The notes below the pieces were generated by a model. The model was not told the DNA's origin, searched no databases, and saw only the letters and a program-made list of their open reading frames with translations. Source: the human T2T-CHM13v2.0 reference genome, Homo sapiens. Taken from it: a stretch of 64,000 nt of DNA. Below are positions 12,274 to 25,624 of this stretch, in pieces (the stretch's first letter is position 1; every line of letters starts with the position of its first letter). The DNA is taken from NCBI RefSeq assembly GCF_009914755.1, contig NC_060934.1; one strand, 5' to 3'. A program made the position numbers and the translations under genes.

Positions 12274-14196
12274 TCAACCCAGAAATAGTAAATAACCTAT
12301 TCCTTAAACTCAGTTTTCAAGGCACACATATAAGCTCATTGGACAAGCAGCTCATTTGGATATCCTTGACTAATTCAATGCCTATCCTTTCCACAGGGCA
12401 CCCATGGCAGTGCCAGTGAATATGCACCAGCCAAAAAAAAAACAAAATGAATAGCCCCTCTCTAGTATTCAGCAACAGCAAAAGCTTTCAGGTGAACTCA
12501 CTTGGTTTCAGTGAACATGTTTACAGACTAAACGATTCTAGAAACAAAACACGTGGGCTAGCACGCACCAAAGGGACTGGCGGGTATGCTGATAATGGCA
12601 GTAGGGAGGTAAGCAAAAGATCATTTTGATTTGAGCTCAGATTTACTTTTACTTTCAGCTCAAATGTCCCATATGTGATTTCTTCTTGTCCAAAGATAGA
12701 AATCAGCTTCAGTGAGTTTCTAACTTATTTTGGCTCTCGCCATATATGGTGCATTACATCAGGCATGAGCCTTCCCAGGGCTTTGACCCTGTAGAGAGGA
12801 CGCTTCCCCAGAGCATCAACAGTGCACTCAGATCCAAAGGTCTCCTGCCCTGGGGCTTCTTTTAGTCCTGAAGAAGAAAGGGGATAGGCACAGTGACTTT
12901 ACATGCAGGGAACTACTTTTTGTTGTAAACATTGTAGGAACCACACAGGCAGTCTGCATTCTGCCCAGTTGGCTATAAATGAAATTCTATTTATCTTTTC
13001 AGAAGGTGGGTCAGTGAAAATATGAGGCTTCTGGAAAATCCTGGTATGTTTATAGTTTATACAGTTCTATAAACTACCAATTCCCTCCTCTAAGCCAGTG
13101 CATACTTACAGCTCTGGCAATCACTATATAGACAAGAAGTCATGTTTCCATTCAGAAAACACACCTAAGAGGTAATGCATGACCTAAAGGTTCCTGAAAT
13201 TTGAATGGCTGATTTTACATTGAATATAAAGGATAAAACCTCTTTATGAGCAATTTACCAAGTTCCCTTAAAAGGGAACCCCAGTAGAAAGAAAATTCTT
13301 GGATAGTGACAGATAAGAAAACATACTTTGTAAAAGATATTATAGGGTGTTCACCCTTATAAACCTCTTGAGGGCAATGTTTCACACAGTGATCTGAACA
13401 CCACGGAGATGCTCAATAAAGCTGTGTTAAATAAATTTTAAAAGAATTTTTATTTACTTCACATGCTTTTAAAATTGTCTTTTCAAAAGAGCTGCTTAAG
13501 AAGCCAAAAAGAATTACTGAGTTACCCTTTGAACTAAGTCACTGATAGTGGAAGAGGACATGCTTCTACATTTGCTTTGAATTAATCAGCACTGTTTCTT
13601 GATCTGCATAGAGCTGATGGCATCCATTCTTGAGATGGTTGAAAAGAAGTATGTCTGCCACAGGCAGCACATTTATACACTGTGAAAGGGTTTAGGGACG
13701 GGAAAACCATGGCAAGTCATTTACCGGACAAGTGACCTCCCCAGTCCCTCTGTCTAATGAAGACTTCAAAAAGCCAGGCTCATTCGCAGCTCCTGGTTCT
13801 AACCAGTGACCCAGGATGCATATGGCTGTACCTAGGGAGGCAAGTCATAGCAGGTGGCAGAAAGGCTAAATGTGTTTGTTGCTCAGCATACAAGGCAGAC
13901 AATTAAGCAACCAATTCCACGCTGAGGAGGATAAGCATCTGTAGAGAGGGAGAAAAACATCATCTCTGATTCAGCTTCATTTCAGCAGCAAGTGCATTTT
14001 TACATCCTCACAACAGGAACCAGAGGATCATTGGAGAAGTGGGGTGGGAACTAGGAAGGACCTGCAGAATTTGCGGACTCCTTGTGAGTTCGGGGAACAC
14101 CTTCACAGAAGGAAGGCACAGGGAAGCGGACCACACAAGGAACACATTTCTGCTATAGTTTTTGAGCAGCACAGCTTCCTTTAAGAGAAAGGACTA

Positions 14197-14406
14197 GGCT
14201 AGGTGTGGTGTCTCACACCTATAATCCCAACACTTTGGGAAGCCAAGGTGGGAGAATGGCTTGAGGCCAGCCGTTGGAGGCTTCAGTGGGCTACGATGAC
14301 ACCATTGCACTCTGGCCTGGGCAACAGATAGAGACCCTGTCTTAAAAAAAGAGAGAGGAAGAGAGAAAGAGAGAGAGGGGAGAGAGAGGGGGAGAGAGAG
14401 AGAGAA
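14197..14406 (+). mobile_element. Alu monomer or deleted Alu followed by (GA)n-rich repeat
   Basis: ggctaggtgtggtgtctcacacctataatccc...gagaccctgtctt, then gagagagg repeats. Confidence 0.85.
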
Positions 14407-15137
14407 GTAGTAGTCGACTCCACAGATGTGGCTCCTGTATGCAAAAATGTTCATCACAGATCACCTAAATTAAAACATGGTCTATTCCCATCATCAAAAT
14501 GACAAAGTAACAACAGGAGAGGGAAGAAAGAAAAGATCAGGAAAGCCACCTAGGGGGAAAGACTTAAGCAAAAGTATCCTTACTCCAATTTGTACAGCTT
14601 TGGGGGATTTCTTTTGTAGGATACAGCTGGGCTGTACTGCCATTTTGCCTGTTCCTGGGCTGCTGGACTTAGGGTCTGGCCACAGCTACCTGATCTTAAT
14701 CTGTAAGGATACTGTTGCTGGAGTTCTTACAGCCCCATCTCCAGAAAACAACTGGAATAAACACAAGATGCATTCTTCTCTTGAATATTACACTCTAAAG
14801 AATTTTTTTTAAAAACGTCTCAGACCTTTTTCCTACATATCCAAGGCTAAATGAATTCCCTCTTTCAGAACACTTCTACATACAGAACAAACCTAAATAG
14901 GCATCAAGGCCTATTTCCAACACCCTGGTACAGACCAACCTCATTCCATGCCTCTGCTCCCCTTGACCCCAACTTTCCCTTAGCTAGGTCCTTGCAGAGC
15001 TTATCCAGAGTTGTCCAAAAGCTTGAAACCTATTCCGTTATCCAACTGGGGAAGCAGGAAGTCACCAGTCTAAGTTAAGAGACTCAAGAACAGGTACCAC
15101 TCACCAGTCCCCACCCTGCCCTTGGGCACATGCCTAC

Positions 15138-15250
15138 CTGGGACTTGTCAGAAGGAAGGTTGGGATGCACACTTCTGTAGCCCTTGGCAGCGAGTGAAGA
15201 GGGCTGGGCATTTCCATTGGCATCAGCACTGGAAGAAAGCCTCCACTCAT
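15138..15250 (-). CDS. SORBS1: SORBS1 coding exon, 113 nt, phase 1-0 (DEWRLSSSADANGNAQ...SDKSQ)
   Basis: tttttcctctctatttctcag acceptor and CAG|gtaggc donor; peptide visible in ORF 15084..15284. Confidence 0.96.
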
Positions 15251-15366
15251 CTGAGAAATAGAGAGGAAAAAATCCCTCACTCACAGGGAATAACTCCCTG
15301 GTTCCCCTGTAACTCCGGGGTCCTTGGTAGAAGGCCAGAAAGGTGAGAATGCAAGAGAAGCCATAC

Positions 15367-15393
15367 CTGCTGAAGAAGGCTCTGGCTCCAGAC
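15367..15393 (-). CDS. SORBS1: SORBS1 27-nt microexon, phase 1-1 (GLEPEPSSA)
   Basis: tttcatcctttctgcaccacgtgtag acceptor and CAG|gtatgg donor; fills the gap between ESKP and DEWRL in the recalled long isoform. Confidence 0.92.
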
Positions 15394-16067
15394 CTACACG
15401 TGGTGCAGAAAGGATGAAAACAAGAAAAGGGGAAAAACAGAAATGGTTACATTTGCAGGAAACAAGCATGAAACTGCATAGAAGGTTGAAAATCCAGCAC
15501 CCCGTTGTTTGACACAAAATGCCCTCAGTCACGATGGCCTGATTACCATAGGAACCCACTCGAAACCATGATGTGCTCACAGGCACTGACCTTTGAAAAC
15601 ACAAGGCTCACATTCACAGGGATGAAGAAACAATTGTTACTTGACATTCTTATTTTACAGACAAAAAGGCAACAGAATTCTCTACTGTCCAGTCCCTACT
15701 CACTGACTCTCATTCCCCTTCCTTGAGCCTGCTGTGGGCTCAGAATGACCACTCCCAACCAACTAACAGGCCCAGGAGAGACAGAAGTGGATAAACACTT
15801 TTTCCAGGGGTGCTGGTGCTGGGCTAAGGGGCAGCACATGACTTAAGCTGGGAGGTATCTGCTGCGATAAAGACTTTTTTTTCCTCCCTGCCTGCTTTTC
15901 TTCTTTCCATTAAATGAGGCACATAAACATTTCAAAATCTAATCACCCTTCCTGAGTGTTCATCACATCACAAAGCACCCCTGTCTCCCTTCAGCCTTCC
16001 CAGCCACTGCCTGATGCATTTCAGAGACCCTAAACCTCTAGTCTGATCCACATAGCACATAGCACCA

Positions 16068-16310
16068 TGAGGCAGCAGAGTGCAGTGGTTACAAGCCCGA
16101 CTGGAAAGGCAGCTGGGCCTCAATTCATATCCTGGGTCTACCACCTAAGGGTTCTATGACCCTGGGCAAGTTATAAGCCTCAGTTTGCCCATCTGAAAAA
16201 TGGAGATAATGATATGCCTGTTTTATAAGTGTTGTTAATAAGAACATTTATGCATGCAAAATGCCTACCACAGTGCCTGGCAAAGCTCAGAAAATGTTTG
16301 CTATTTATCA
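16068..16310 (+). mobile_element. MIR
   Basis: tgaccctgggcaagtta...gcctcagtttgcccatctgaaaaatggagataat core. Confidence 0.75.
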
Positions 16311-16356
16311 TCTTCTGTATCATCTCTTGTCTCTACTCTCTGTCCTTGATCTAACC

Positions 16357-16695
16357 CAGGGGTCCACAGACTTTTTTCTATAGAGGGCCAGATAGTAAAT
16401 ATTTTAGGTTTTATGGGCCATATGGTCTCAGATGCAACTACTTGGCTCTGCTATTGTAGGACAAAGGCAGCCACAGATGATATGTAAATGAATGAGCATG
16501 GCTGTGTTCCAATAAACCTTTATTTATGGACACTAAAATCTGAATTTCATAAAATTTTCATGTGGCATACAATACCATTCTTCTTTTGATTTTTCTTTCA
16601 ACCATTAAAAAATGTAAAAGCCCTTCTTAGCTCGAGGGCTGTACAAAAAAAGGCACAGGCCAGATTCCGCTCACAGCCACAGTTTGCCAATCCCT
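16357..16695. mobile_element. MER58-family hAT-Charlie element
   Basis: caggggtc...gggccagatagtaaatattttagg...ggctgtgttccaataaa...agtttgcc pattern. Confidence 0.8.
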
Positions 16696-16894
16696 AATCT
16701 AGCCAAGCCTTAACCCCTTCTTTTCCCAGGCTGCCTCCTCTTGCCTCACCATGTAGAGAAAGAGGGACTAACACTGCAGTCTCACTGCCCAATCCTCCGT
16801 TTCAATGTGGGTCCCTCAGGTGCTAGACATGGGCTTTCCAGATGCCAAGTTGAGATTTACAGACATTTACTGAACACCTCTCTAAGTGCCACTG

Positions 16895-17070
16895 TGAGTC
16901 ACTGTTACGCCCATTTAGTTTTAGTTCAGTGTACACAACAACTCTGTGAAGTAGGTAATCACTCTCCTTCATGGATGAGGAAACAGAGAGGCCAAATGAC
17001 TTGCCCAAAGTCGCACAGCCAGGAAGTGACAAAGCAGTCAGCCCAAGTCTCCAGAATCCAAACCTAGCAC
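16895..17070 (-). mobile_element. MIR
   Basis: gatgaggaaacagagaggcc...tgacttgcccaaagtcgcacagc. Confidence 0.7.
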
Positions 17071-17211
17071 TCTGCCTACCACCCCCACAGCCACCAGCCT
17101 CCCCATCGGCCATGAAGTGGATGCTATGCTTCAGAGAGGTGGTGGGAGCCAAAAAGAGCTGGAGCAGAAGGCAAGGTAGGGTAAAGGTTCCAAGTGATTG
17201 GCATTCACGTA

Positions 17212-17382
17212 TAGCAGTGGTGTAGCTGCATCAGGGCTTGCTGAAACACAGGTGGCTGGGCCTGGATCCTGGCACTTCTGATGCAGTAAGTATGAGGTGA
17301 GGCCCAAGAATCTGCATTTCTAACAAGTTTGCAGGTGATGCTGAGACTGCCAGTCCGTAACCGACACCTGGAGAACCACTGA
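17212..17382. mobile_element. MER5A-like relic
   Basis: ggcccaagaatctgcatttctaacaag...ggtgatgctga...gagaaccactg. Confidence 0.75.
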
Positions 17383-17567
17383 TGAGAGGTACACTCAAAA
17401 ACGTCCTTATTCTGGAAAACTAGCTGTATCCATTTTATTTTTTCCCCTTTAAAACAGTTTTAAAATTTAGCTACATATTCTTTTAGCAGGTTGCCTGTTA
17501 CATTTCTGCCACTTCCTTACAGACAATTCACTGCCATTTGTCTTCTCCAACCCGCAAAAACTGCGTG

Positions 17568-17881
17568 CGGTCAGCCCTCCATATCCACGGATTCCGCATC
17601 TGTTAATTCAACCAACCGTGGATCAAATATTGGGGGAAAAAACACAAAATAAGAAAACAATAATAATACAACATTTAAAAAATACAGAGTAACAACTATT
17701 TACATAGCACTTATATTAGGTATTACAAGTAATCTAGAGATTATTTAAAATATACAGGAGATCTGCATAGGTTATGTACAAATACAATGCCATTTTATAT
17801 AAGGGACTTGAGCATCCTCAGATTTTGGTATCCGTGAAGGTCCTGGAACCAATCACTGGCAGATACTGAGGGACAACTGTA
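17568..17881. mobile_element. TcMar-Tigger non-autonomous element (Tigger3-like)
   Basis: Ends cggtcagccctccatatcc and gatactgagggacaactgta; internal gtaatctagagattatttaaa. Confidence 0.8.
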
Positions 17882-19480
17882 GTTGGGAAAGGTACATACA
17901 GGACATGTGTTTTGCTCACATTACTGCAATGTACCGGCTTGTATGACCAGGAGCAAGTTCACTAGCCATGCTAAATTTTACTTTTCTCACCTATAAAATA
18001 TAAGCCTTACCCCATACTCCTCACAGGGAGTATGATTCTTTGATTCTCTCCAATTGAAGAATTGGAGAATCTTTGAGAATCAAAGATCAGGTACATGAAA
18101 ATACCTCTGAGTGCACCACACTCCCTGTCGCATCCAGACGGCTCCCTGGCTCAGAGCTCCCCTCACACCTGGCAGGCCCTTAAACACCTGGTGACATGCC
18201 ATGACAATGGTCCACTTCTTCCCTCACAGCTATCACTTTTACCGTTCCATCTTCTTTACTAAGTTGCTATTTCTAGTCCACCTTTGTCAAATAAGTCTAT
18301 CAAATTTATTAGATTTATGCATATACTAACGTCAACAGGTTCTGAGTGAAGGGCTATCTAGTGAAGGATGTAAACTTCGTACATGCAATTGGGGACACAT
18401 TATTTTGCCCACTTTCTGGTTCTCAGTTGGGTTGGTTCTATTCAAGTGACACTAGCAAACAGCTATGTCACGGAAAGCTGAAATGTGAACTGTTCTTCTA
18501 AATCTCCAGGTATCATGAAGGGACCATCACTGTGACATCAGATTGCCTAGTTTCAGCCCTGAGTCTCTATCTTGCTAACTGCATATCCTGTGGCAAATGA
18601 CCTGGCCACGTCTGTGAAATGGAGATAATATCTACCTCTTTTGAATCAAGAGGACTAAATGAAAGTATTTGGCATAAAGCATGTGCTTTGCAAAATCAGA
18701 ATTCAAAGCATAAGGGGGAAAAAACCATGGAAAAAAATGAGCATTGTTGATCTCTGCCATGTGATAAATAGCTTTAAGAACGTAAGATCCTTAGGGATAG
18801 ATCCACTTTTTCTTCTCATTCCAAGTCTTTAAAACTGTTCCCCTTCCCCTATCCCAAAAAGGCAGTTCTCAGGACCTCTTAAATGTTCCTCTCTTCCTTG
18901 TTAAAGGAGAGCTATATTTCTGACATCTTATCATCCTTCATCTATTACCTCATCTTCTGAACTTGGAAGGTTGGTAGCAGCCCAGGGCCATTTGTGCCTA
19001 TGTGCAGAAGTATGAAATTTTGCACACATGATCATCCATTATTAACTCCTGATTGAAGAGACTGTCAAAATGCTTCTTTCAATAAATGTTACCTTAGAGC
19101 TCCCAAGCTGGGGGGAGTGCCTCGGAAAGTTGGATCCTAGAGAGCTTTTGCAGTCCTGAGAGACCTACCCTTTCTGCAAGCAGCATAATTTACTTTGCCT
19201 TATCTTTTCCTCCAGCTGTTCTTTATTTGCAATCTTTTCTGGCCTGTGGCTGTAGCCTCCTGATATTTTATTTTATCTCATCTCATTCTATGCTAATTTC
19301 ATTTTGACCTGTTTTAAAGCCTTTTGCTGATCAGTCAATTCTTCTTGGCATCTTAGGATAATTTTCACTGAGTGAGTCTTGATGTGTTCTGGTAAGAGTA
19401 TTTAAGAGGTAGATGACAGGTGTTAATAGTAAGTCTAAGGGTGTTCCAAATCTTATTTGTGTTTATTTTGTATTCACACT

Positions 19481-20115
19481 GTACAGTAGAGAATTTAACT
19501 TTATCCAAAAAGAGGTCTGGCCTTGGCCCTCAGCTTCTGGGATGTAATCTCTGAGCTCTTGGAAAGTCATGCCTGATAGGAGTGACTTTGTTTATCTGGG
19601 GCTTTGAGTCACACCAATTATGTGACTTGGGGTGGGGGCTTTGAGCCACCAGGAGCTCAATCGATTACAAAGTTGGACTGGAGATTGAGAACTGCCCTGT
19701 GGGCAGTGGATCATGCCTATGTAATGGAGACATGGCAAAAAGGCTGAACACAAAGGCTCAGGTACATTTCCTGGTTGAAAATGCTCTGAGAACACTGTCA
19801 CACATCACTGCTGGGAAATAATATGTCCTGACTCTCCACGCAGAGTAGGCAACAGAAGCTCCGCATTTGGTACCTTTTCCAGACTCCAGCCTACGTGCAT
19901 CTTCTCTTGCCTTTTTTAATCTGTATCCTTTCCCTACAATAAACCATAACCCGGAGTGTAGCAGCTTTCAGTAAGTTGTGTGAGTCCCTCCAGCATTGTA
20001 CCAAACCTGAGAGTGGTTTTGTGAATCCCCTGAACTTGCAGCTGGTGTCAGAAGGGAGGGTGCACTCTTGTGAGGACTTTTCCCTCCAACTTCTCAGTTG
20101 GCCCTAATTCTCACA
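19481..20115 (+). mobile_element. Solo LTR, MER21-like
   Basis: tgtacagtagagaatttaac...aaagaggtctggcc start, internal aataaacc and ctgaacttgcagctggtgtcagaag. Confidence 0.75.
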
Positions 20116-21306
20116 CATGTACTCATCAAAAAGACTCTAATTTAATGGAGGTACGGGGTACCTTCAACTGCTTCAATGTTAACCTTCTTATGGTACCTTT
20201 TTGCTACTGCCATTCCTGGAGAGCAAATGTGAGAGTCAAAACCAGAGGAAATAATTGGACTGCAGGTCCAAGAATCTTTATGTCCAAAGCTAACTTTGCA
20301 TTCAAGAATCAGGCAGTAAGGACTGGAGCCAACTGGTACAGAATTAACAAAATATAAGGGCTGAACTGGACCCTGGCATCTAAGTCAGAACACAGGAATT
20401 GATATATCAAGCCACAAGATCTTTAGACTATACCAGACAGAAAGCTTTGTATCACACTCACCACCAACTCAGGCTCCCTGTCTGGAGTGAAAACACCCTG
20501 ACCTGGGACATGATCAAGTCACTCTGAACCAACATGGCCAACGCTCAGACCTGGTGTGGCAATGAGGTCAGGAGGCAGGGATAAGGTGATGAGGTTTCTC
20601 CTGGGGGCAGGGAGTCGGTACTAAGATTACTGCCATTCCTTTCAGATGGTTCTGATCCAAAAACCAAGGTCCACATTCAGAGATGAGGAGGCTGATCGGG
20701 AAGCTGTGGTCAGGGATCTTGAGTTAAGCCACCACTTGAATGGAGGAGTCTGGAGAATGAGTGTTAACTGGGCAATTTCAAGGGCTCTCTCTGTCACTCC
20801 ACCGAGAATGTCTCCATTCTCTCAAAGTTCATGTGGATGCAGATGGCTTCCAAATCCACACATTGGACTCCAAATTTCCAAATTCCCATTAGAAACATTC
20901 TCCTGGAAGTCCTTCCCTTGCCAAGAAACTTGACATGTCAAAAGATGGAATTCAACATTCTTTCCAGCACTCTTCACAAATCCCCCCAACTCCATGAGTG
21001 CCACAATTACTCTCCTAGCCAACCAGGGAAGGCATCTCCTGGGCCACATGGAGTCTTACCTCTCTGTGGTCCTTAAATACACCACAAGGAGCCCTGGTCA
21101 TTTCATTCTCCAAAAGACACTTTGACCTCAGCCTCTGCTCTTCACTCCCATTGCCACCATGCTAGGGGTGAGGCCCTCATGGCTTCAAACTGAAATTCTT
21201 TCAAATCTTTAACAAGCCTCTTGACCTGCAGGAACTAGAATGGTTACTCTTAAAAAGCACTTGCTTTGGGCCTGTGCCAAATGCTTGACATGAAAGAGCT
21301 CATTTA

Positions 21307-21738
<432 letters not shown>

Positions 21739-22339
21739 TCAGCCTCAGTAGAGAACTGTGTGAAACCAGAACTATATCATCTCTCCCAGGTGAGGGGGTT
21801 GGGACAAGGACTAGAAATAGGGGGCACTGCTGAAATGTGGGTATCAGGGGACCAGGTAGGGACTGGACCTTCCAGTCCAGGCAAATAATCAACAACCTGG
21901 ACACCTATAGGCATTGAAGAAGGTGGCAAACAGGGAGCAAGTCAGAGAGGAAGCAGGCAGAGCAGCTGGGGGACAAATGCTGTCCCTGGTGAGAAGGGAG
22001 GGAGCCAGACGCCATCTGACATTAGCTATCTGCAAAGGCATTGGGAGTAGGAAGCAATCCTTGGCAAGAGCCATCCACTACCTCACACTTGGGCTCCCAG
22101 TCCAGACTGGGCTTGGCTGTCTGCAAATACTGCTGAAAACTGTTTTTATGAAGCCAGGGAAGGCCCAGGGGCTCCTAGGCCCCAGGATAGGACAATAGAC
22201 TGGTATGGGCCAGCAAGTTGTCAGTCCGGAGGGTGACATGGACACTGTCAGAGTCAAGAGCCAGCAGGATGTTAGCCAATAGGTAGCATGGTAAGGGGAC
22301 AAGATTACCATTTCTGAATTACCTATACTCACATCCTCA

Positions 22340-22636
22340 TTTTTTTTTTCTTTTTGAGATGGAATCTTGCTCTGTCTTCCATGCTGGAATGCAGTGGCAT
22401 GATCTCACTCACTGCAACTTTCACCTCCCGGGTTCAAGCAATTCTCCTGCCTCAGCCTCCCGAGTAGCTGGGATTACAGGCGTGCAACACCATGCTTGGC
22501 TGATTTTTGTATTTTTAGTAGAGACGGGGTTTCACCATGTTGGCCAGGCTGGTCTCGAACTTCTGGCCCCAACTGATCTGCCCACCTCGGCCTCCCAAAG
22601 CGCTGGGATTACAGGTGTGAGCCACTGCGCCCGGCT
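22340..22636 (-). mobile_element. Alu
   Basis: Reverse Alu with flanking acatcctc repeat. Confidence 0.95.
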
Positions 22637-23352
22637 TACTGACATCCTCTTTTAAGCCCACTCCCCAGTGTTAACTTATTCTAGTCTGCGTTGTATACTT
22701 AATGAGCACGTGGATTTTTTCTTTGTTTCCTCTACTCAAACCCAGCTTGTTCCTTTTCATCCAAACTGCCCTCCTGTACCATCTTAAATTTATCACCAAT
22801 CAAAGGGATTCCATTTGTTAGGCTAATTTCCAAACTTCCTAAGGTCGCAGAGCATTCTGGAGCTAGAAAGGCTTGGAAAGCATCTGGCCCAAGTTCCTCA
22901 TACTTGATATGGGCTCAAAGTCACTAGGACTTACCCACAGCCCGAAAGGAAGATGGCTGACTACAAGTCCACACCTGACTCCTGTTGCAACATACTGCCT
23001 TTTGCCCTCACCTAATGCACCTAGAATTGCTCTCTTTTCCTCCTTTCTCATCACAATTCCAAGTGACTCATGCAGCACCTGGCACATAGATAATGCTGAA
23101 TGAATGTATGCTTATTTGGATTCGATGATCTCAATTTACAAAGATGAACTTACTGTAAGGTGTGAATGACTGATAACTATCCCTTAATTCTTCCGAGTAC
23201 AGTATTTGCATTTTAAAACAATCTGCTGATGGTTTGGTGAAAAAGATGTGGTGAAATTTCTTTTCACCAAATTAGCTGGTAGAAATTTGTAAGACACAAA
23301 AGTATTCTGGGACAAGAGAGTGTTTCCAAAAGTGCCTCAAATCCACACACGG

Positions 23353-23658
23353 GGCCGGGCATGGTGGCTTACACCTGTAATCCCAGCACTTTGCCAGGCC
23401 GAGGCAGGTGGATCACTTGAGCCTACAAGTTCAACATCAACCTGGGCAACATGGAGAAACTTTGTCTCTACAAAAAATACAAAAATTAGCCAAGTGTGGT
23501 GACGTGCACCTCAGCTACTTGGGAGGCTGAGGTGGGAGGACAGATTGAGCCCGGGAGGCCGAGGCTGCAGCAAACCATGATTACATCACTGTACTCCAAG
23601 CTGGGCAACAGAGTAAACCCTGTCTCAAAAAAAGAAAACGAAACAGAAAAAAAAACAA
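23353..23658 (+). mobile_element. Alu (AluJ-like), TSD aaatccacacacgg
   Basis: Forward Alu with direct repeat. Confidence 0.95.
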
Positions 23659-23713
23659 ATCCACACACGGTACTGGTAGCACAGGCGTACACCTGGTGGG
23701 CATTGTGTTCTAC

Positions 23714-23747
23714 GTCAATGCCACACTGTAACCACTAGAGGGAGCTC
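23714..23747 (+). promoter_or_regulatory. CTCF motif, forward, with upstream module
   Basis: Core CCACTAGAGGGAGC at 23732-23745, preceded by GTCAATGCC at 23714-23722. Motif match only. Confidence 0.6.
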
Positions 23748-24411
23748 CAAGCTCCCTCTCCACCACCTCCATTTGCTGCCAGAGGACGGGACAGTTGGTT
23801 TGTAAGGTTATTTGACTGGGCCAGGGGACTGCACATTAAAGCCTTTCTCTTTGCATCATCCCTTAGGATTCTCTCTTCTCCAAATGCTCTCTAGCTTGGA
23901 AGTGGGTCGTCCCAGTTAGGCTTGGAGAGGCTGGATGAGGTTAGCCTTAGAATAAAATAACTTTGCCTTCTCTCCTCACCCCCACCTTTCCAGCGGGTCA
24001 GGAGTCAGGGCTGGGCTCAGGGATGCAGGACCAAGAAGCTACTCTGTTGACTTTTAGGGCTGTGGGCTGCTCGGGCCTGCCCTCAGCCTAAGGACAAAGA
24101 AGCCCTCACGGGGACCAACATCACCAGAAAGGGGTTTGTGCTCAAACCCTAGCCTGGCCTCATCCACCAGCATGTGCCCTGGCACCTGTTATGGGTAGCT
24201 GGGAAGGAAGAAAATCAGTTTCCAGGATGCTAGGTCTGGCCATTTCCATCCTACATATCATATCTGTCTTATCACAACACACCACTCCCGCTGCACCAGA
24301 GGGGTCTGCATACCCTACTGCCTAGCCTCTCTGGTCCCAAGGGAATGGTCCTCCCCTCCATTCCATTTCTCCCTCCCTTTCCTTCAAGAAAGCAAGCTCC
24401 CATCCCCTACA

Positions 24412-24600
24412 GCAGCAGCTCTCAGATGCAGTCCTTGCACTAGCAGCATCAGCATGAACCTGTCAGAAATGTGAACCTTCAGACCCTACCTCAGACCTGC
24501 AAGTGGGAACCCTACATTCTAAAACTCCAGGCTGGGGCCCAGCAACCTACCTTTTTACTCCAAGTGATTCTGATGCAGCTAAAGTGTGAAAGTCACTGCC
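24412..24600. mobile_element. MER5A-like relic
   Basis: agcagcatcagcat...tcagaaatg...ctcagacct...gggcccagcaacct...gtgattctgatgcagctaaagtgtga. Confidence 0.65.
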
Positions 24601-25488
24601 CTACAGAGTGGAGAGGTGCTGTCTCACCCTAAACTAACTGTGCCTGATCTCAAAGTCAGCATTTGCCAACTACCAGAATACTTGGGCTGTGCAAAGTCGT
24701 CCCTGGAGAGGCCAAAATAATCTAATCATAATCAAATAGCAGCTAACATCTAACAGTCTATTCCATGCCACCAGGCATGATACACAGCACTTCATACACT
24801 TCTTCCTCACAATAATCCTGAGGCAGATGCAATTATCAACCCCATTCTACAGTTCATCAGGGTTGAGAGACAGTGAATAACTCGACCAAAGTTGCACAGC
24901 TGACAGGTGGTGGGGACAGGGTGTGCACAGAGATCTACCCGGTTCTGAAGTCCCAGTTCTAAACCTCAATACCTCAGGTTTCCCAAGTGATGGGTTAAGG
25001 TGGGGAGATGGGCTTCATGTGGCTTCTTTGATCTCCCTTTGCTCCTAGTTTACACTGGGCCTTTGAGCTACTTTCCTGATCCTGCTCCCGCAGCTGGCTA
25101 GTGGCCAATCCCAGGCCTGAGCCCTCCCCACCTCTGCTTTTCCAGGAGCAAGATCATTGAGTCATCCACACTTCTCAGTCTCCCCTGGCTGCACCTCCAG
25201 CCCAGCCTGGACAGGTCACAGTGAACCTCTAGGAAGCAGGGATGAGCTCTGAGAAGCCCAACCTCTAGCCCATCGCACCGCTTACTTACCCCCCATGCCC
25301 TAAGCTATTTCAGTCTGCATGAGAGCAGTCTGCAGAGCACTGGCTGTGGTCACAGGATGACCTGCTCAGTCAAAGCTAACATAAAGTGTGGTTATTGCTG
25401 TGCCTTCATCTGCAGCATGTGACTGTCAGTTTGAGGCTTTGACCACTACCCATCCAAATGATTTGACTGTCCCAGGGGACCGTAAGAG

Positions 25489-25522
25489 ACACACACACAC
25501 ACACACACACCCCCCCCCCCCC
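25489..25522. repeat. (AC)11 microsatellite fused to a C-run
   Basis: Read directly from the sequence. Confidence 0.95.
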
Positions 25523-25624
25523 AAGAGGTATCTGATGAACTCACACCCTCCTGAGCAAAAACACCAGAGCCTCCTCCCGCCCTTCCCACGTGGCTTTGAA
25601 CAGCTTTCCCTAGCTTCCGCGCAC

